Origin: Mobula hypostoma
Lineage: Eukaryota
Assembly: GCF_963921235.1 (NCBI RefSeq)
Contig: NC_086098.1
Coordinates: 236,034,001-236,098,000, forward strand
Direction: 5' to 3'
Length of the DNA: 64,000 nt
In this document: positions 60,925 through 64,000 of the stretch, in pieces
How positions within the stretch are numbered: position 1 is the stretch's first letter
Layout of the letters: each line of letters begins with the position of its first letter
Translations under genes and position numbers: made by a program
Notes under the pieces: generated by a model
Told to the model about the DNA's origin: nothing
The model's database searches: none
What the model saw: only the letters and a program-made list of their open reading frames with translations

Positions 60925-61530
60925 CAGGAATTGATTGTAGACTTCAGAAAGGGATCTATCCTGAGCCCAACATATTGGTGCAACTACAAAGAAGTCACAA
61001 CAGTAGCTATATTTCATTTGGGAGTTTGGGAATTGCTACGCCACCAAAGCCACTTGCAAATTTCTACAGAGAGAGCATTCTAACTGGTTGCATCACTGTC
61101 TGCTATGGAGGGGCCACTGAACAGGACCAGAAAGTTACAAACTCAGCCAGATCCATGGGCACAAGCCTTCCTACAATCCAGGACACCTTCAAAGAGTGAC
61201 ACCTCAAAAAAAGCAGCATCCATCATTAAGGATCTCTACACCCAGGACATGTCATCTTCTCATGGCTACCATCAAGGAGGAGGTAGAAAAGCCTGAAGAC
61301 ACACACTCAAAGTTTTAGTAACAGCTTCTTCTGCTGTTCCATCAGATTTCTGAATGGACAATATGAACTACATCTGATTCTACACCTTCTCCTTCTGCAT
61401 TACTTATTTAATTTGTATGTACATATAAATGTATAGACTTGTAATTTATAGCTTTTATTATTATGTACTGCTGTTGCAAGATGGCAAATTTCATGACGTG
61501 TGCCAGTGATACTAAAGCTTATTCTGCTTC
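60925..61530 (+). mobile_element. Degraded Rex/Babar 3' fragment
   Basis: NFYRESILTGCITVCYGGA...KKAASIIKD. Confidence 0.7.
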
Positions 61531-62369
61531 TGGTAAACTTCACTTCTTCAGAACTTCTCTATCCCTCGCTGAGAGAAAAGAAAGTGGGGGGGCGGGGATG
61601 CAGAGCAACATACACAAAATGCTGGCGAAACTCAGCAGGTCAGGCAGCTTCTGTAGATATCAATAAGCTTTTGATGTTGCAGGCTGAAAAAATTCATGAC
61701 AGAGAGAGAGAGAGAAAGGCAAAGTTAGGGATGGGGGTAATTGCTGGAATTTTGTGTTGGAAGTGCAGGGAAGTGGGTGGATTGTGTGTGTGTGTGGTCA
61801 GGCAGAGTTGACATTGAGCTCTCACACTGTGTTTGAAGATGATCCACCCTGTGTAAAATTCTGAGTCGCATTTCACTATGATTACGCAAGAGTTTGTGAG
61901 CCTCTGCCAAAGGACTTTGAACCTTCAGAGCCACTGCTGAGCCTGAGATACGTTGGGGTGGGGACGGAGGGGAGAGGCATCCCTCAGCCTTCAGCTGAGG
62001 GAGAGCTCTGCACAGCCTAGGCTACAGTCCTTGACAGAAGTCATTAGGATGGTGGGCACCAGAAACCCACACTCGCTATGTGCCTGAGGTGAGGGGAAGG
62101 GGGAGGGTCTCAGGCTTGGAAGTGTGGGTCTGGGTGGATGGGGTGTTGACTGACAGGCTGCTCTATCCTGGATGGTGTCAAGCCTCTTGAGGGTTGATGG
62201 ATCTGCACTCACCCAGGCCAGCTGGGAGTGTTCCAACCCACTCAACAGATTAACTTTGTTGTCATCTGCACAAGTCTATGTGTGCACAGGTGCAATGAAA
62301 AACTTACTTGCAGCAGCATTCAAAAGGTTACAGACAAGAAACACAACACAATTAGAACAAAAGGAGTTG

Positions 62370-62804
62370 TCATGCCCTCCTAGATTGTCACAACCTTGCC
62401 ATTGGGTGTGGAGGCTTGCGTGCCCCAATGACCTGGAGAGCTATGCTGGCTGGAGTCAGGGCCTCATGCTTTCGCTCTTAGTAGGGTCACCCATGCCAAA
62501 CAGGTCAAAGGGAAGAGGCCAGACTAATAGTGGTCCACCAGTCCTCTAGGTTCAGGGGTTCAGCTCAGGGTTAACAACCTTGACTGGTCAAACAAAATTA
62601 TTACAGAAACAGCAGTGAAGAAACCATCCACATCTGAGTGTGACAATACTCCTGAGTCTCCACCCGAGACTTGCATAACTGACAGTACTGAAAACCGAGT
62701 GGAAGCTACCGACATGGTGAAGGAAGCCCTGAACACCATCTGAGATGGAGGACCTTCATTGCTGCCCTAAACACCAGTGGCATAATGGGTAGTAAGTAAG
62801 TAAG
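62370..62804 (+). mobile_element. RTE-derived non-autonomous element with (TAAG)n tail
   Basis: RTE/BovB-like 5' end CCTTGCC...GGCTTGCGTGCCCCAATGA...GAGCTATGC and 3' end TGGAGGACCTTCATTGCTGCCCTA...AGTAAGTAAGTAAG. Confidence 0.6.
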
Positions 62805-62833
62805 CCATTGCAGTGCAAAGAGATCTTAAAACC

Positions 62834-63569
62834 TTTCTTTTTCTTTATTAACCTTTTTATTGATTTTTTTAAAAGGCGAAGATACAGTCAAGAGGTGAAT
62901 TAGTTCAAATATACATATCAGTTACACTATAAACCAAGATTAAGATAAACATTGTCAAATTCATAGATAATGTTAAACTAGTGTAAAATATATAATAATA
63001 ATAAAAAAGAAACTAACAATTCTCCTCTTACCAGTTTATGAAAAGAAAGGAAAAACATTGGATTTTAAATGAAAAGGAAAAAAACCCACTACACTATAAT
63101 AAAACAAAAAAAAAGGGACTGGGCAGTCCATTTTGAGGATATGCCAAAAAAAAGAAAGAAAGAAATACTTTCTGATCAAATCTAAGACTTCGAAAAAAAA
63201 AGATTGAAAGCGTAATAAATTAAATTAAATGAAAATGATAAAAGGTCGCCATATTTGCTCAAATTTAAAGGATGTATCAAATGTCCGACTTCTTATTTTC
63301 TCTAAAATTAAACAGGACATAATGGAGGAGAGCCAGTAAAAGACTGTAGGAAGATTAGAATCCTTCCACTTCAATAAAATGGCTCTCCTAGCCAGTAATG
63401 TCAAAAAGGCTATTATACGTTGAGCAGAATTCCTGCTTCCGATGGGATAATCCCAAAAATTGCCGTAAGCAAGTGAGGTTGTATATCCAGGTCCAAAACT
63501 CTTTATAGTGTTTTAAAAACATCTCTCCAAAAGTTACCTAGCTTTATACAAGACCAATACATATGAGTT
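62834..63569 (-). mobile_element. 5'-truncated L1-clade LINE with a perfect 17-bp TSD
   Basis: - strand remnant LTHMYWSC...FWRDVF...AFLTLLARRAILLKWK and an A-rich tail. AAAGAGATCTTAAAACC occurs at 62817-62833 and 63570-63586. Confidence 0.85.
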
Positions 63570-63586
63570 AAAGAGATCTTAAAACC

Positions 63587-64000
63587 ATGGAACATAGGAG
63601 AAGAATTAGGCTTTTGGCCCATCGAGTCTTCAGCATTCCATCATGGCTGACTTATTATTTCTTTCAATCCCATTCTCCTGCCTTCTTCCCATAACTTTTG
63701 ATGCCCTGATTAATCAAGAACCATTCAACCTCCTCCTTAAATATAGCCAATGACTTGGCCTGCACAGCCATATGTGGCAATGAATTACACAGGTTCACCA
63801 TCCTCTGGCTGAAGAAACAGCATCTCTGTTCTAAATAGATGCCCCTCTATTCTGAGGCTGTGCCCTCTGGTTCTAGATGCTCCAAAAATGGGAAACATCT
63901 TCTCCACATGCACTCTATATAGGATTTCAGTATTCAATAGGTTTCAATGAGATCATCTTTCATTTTCTAAACCAACGAGTACAGGCCCAGAGCCATTCAA
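63587..64000 (-). mobile_element. CR1 3' fragment running off the window
   Basis: Same CR1 3' sequence as ~1700-2250 and ~42470-42790. Confidence 0.75.

Noticed and set aside
62370-62520. HDV-like ribozyme in the RTE-like 5' end
   Set aside because: Known for some RTE elements, but I could not fold a convincing nested double pseudoknot by eye.

Overview
Repeat-rich vertebrate genomic DNA, most likely from a cartilaginous fish and probably a ray. This is inferred from the repeat landscape: CR1, Rex/Babar, Penelope, V-SINE-like, R4 and Tc1 elements. Three host genes can be reconstructed by hand. (1) The first coding exon of ERCC6L/PICH (- strand, 4670-4115); the rest of the gene lies left of the window. 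(2) A 7-exon perilipin gene (+ strand, 10220-31115) that best resembles PLIN6, the pigment-cell perilipin described as teleost-specific. As assembled it has a -1 frameshift in exon 4 and a phase problem at exon 6. (3) An intact 4-exon RASL11/RERG-like small GTPase gene (- strand, 36863-33304, 222 aa) with a non-canonical G3 box. The most notable non-genic structures are: a decayed tandem duplication of the ~29.8-38.1 kb unit whose second copy (38.1-40.9 kb) lost the GTPase gene but kept a homeodomain-motif block and a CTCF motif pair; a Sleeping Beauty-family Tc1 element built from two right ends; Penelope-derived minimal hammerhead ribozyme motifs; and a LINE inserted at +6 of the ERCC6L splice donor. 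Everything right of ~41 kb is essentially nested transposon debris. All homology calls come from remembered family sequences, not database searches.
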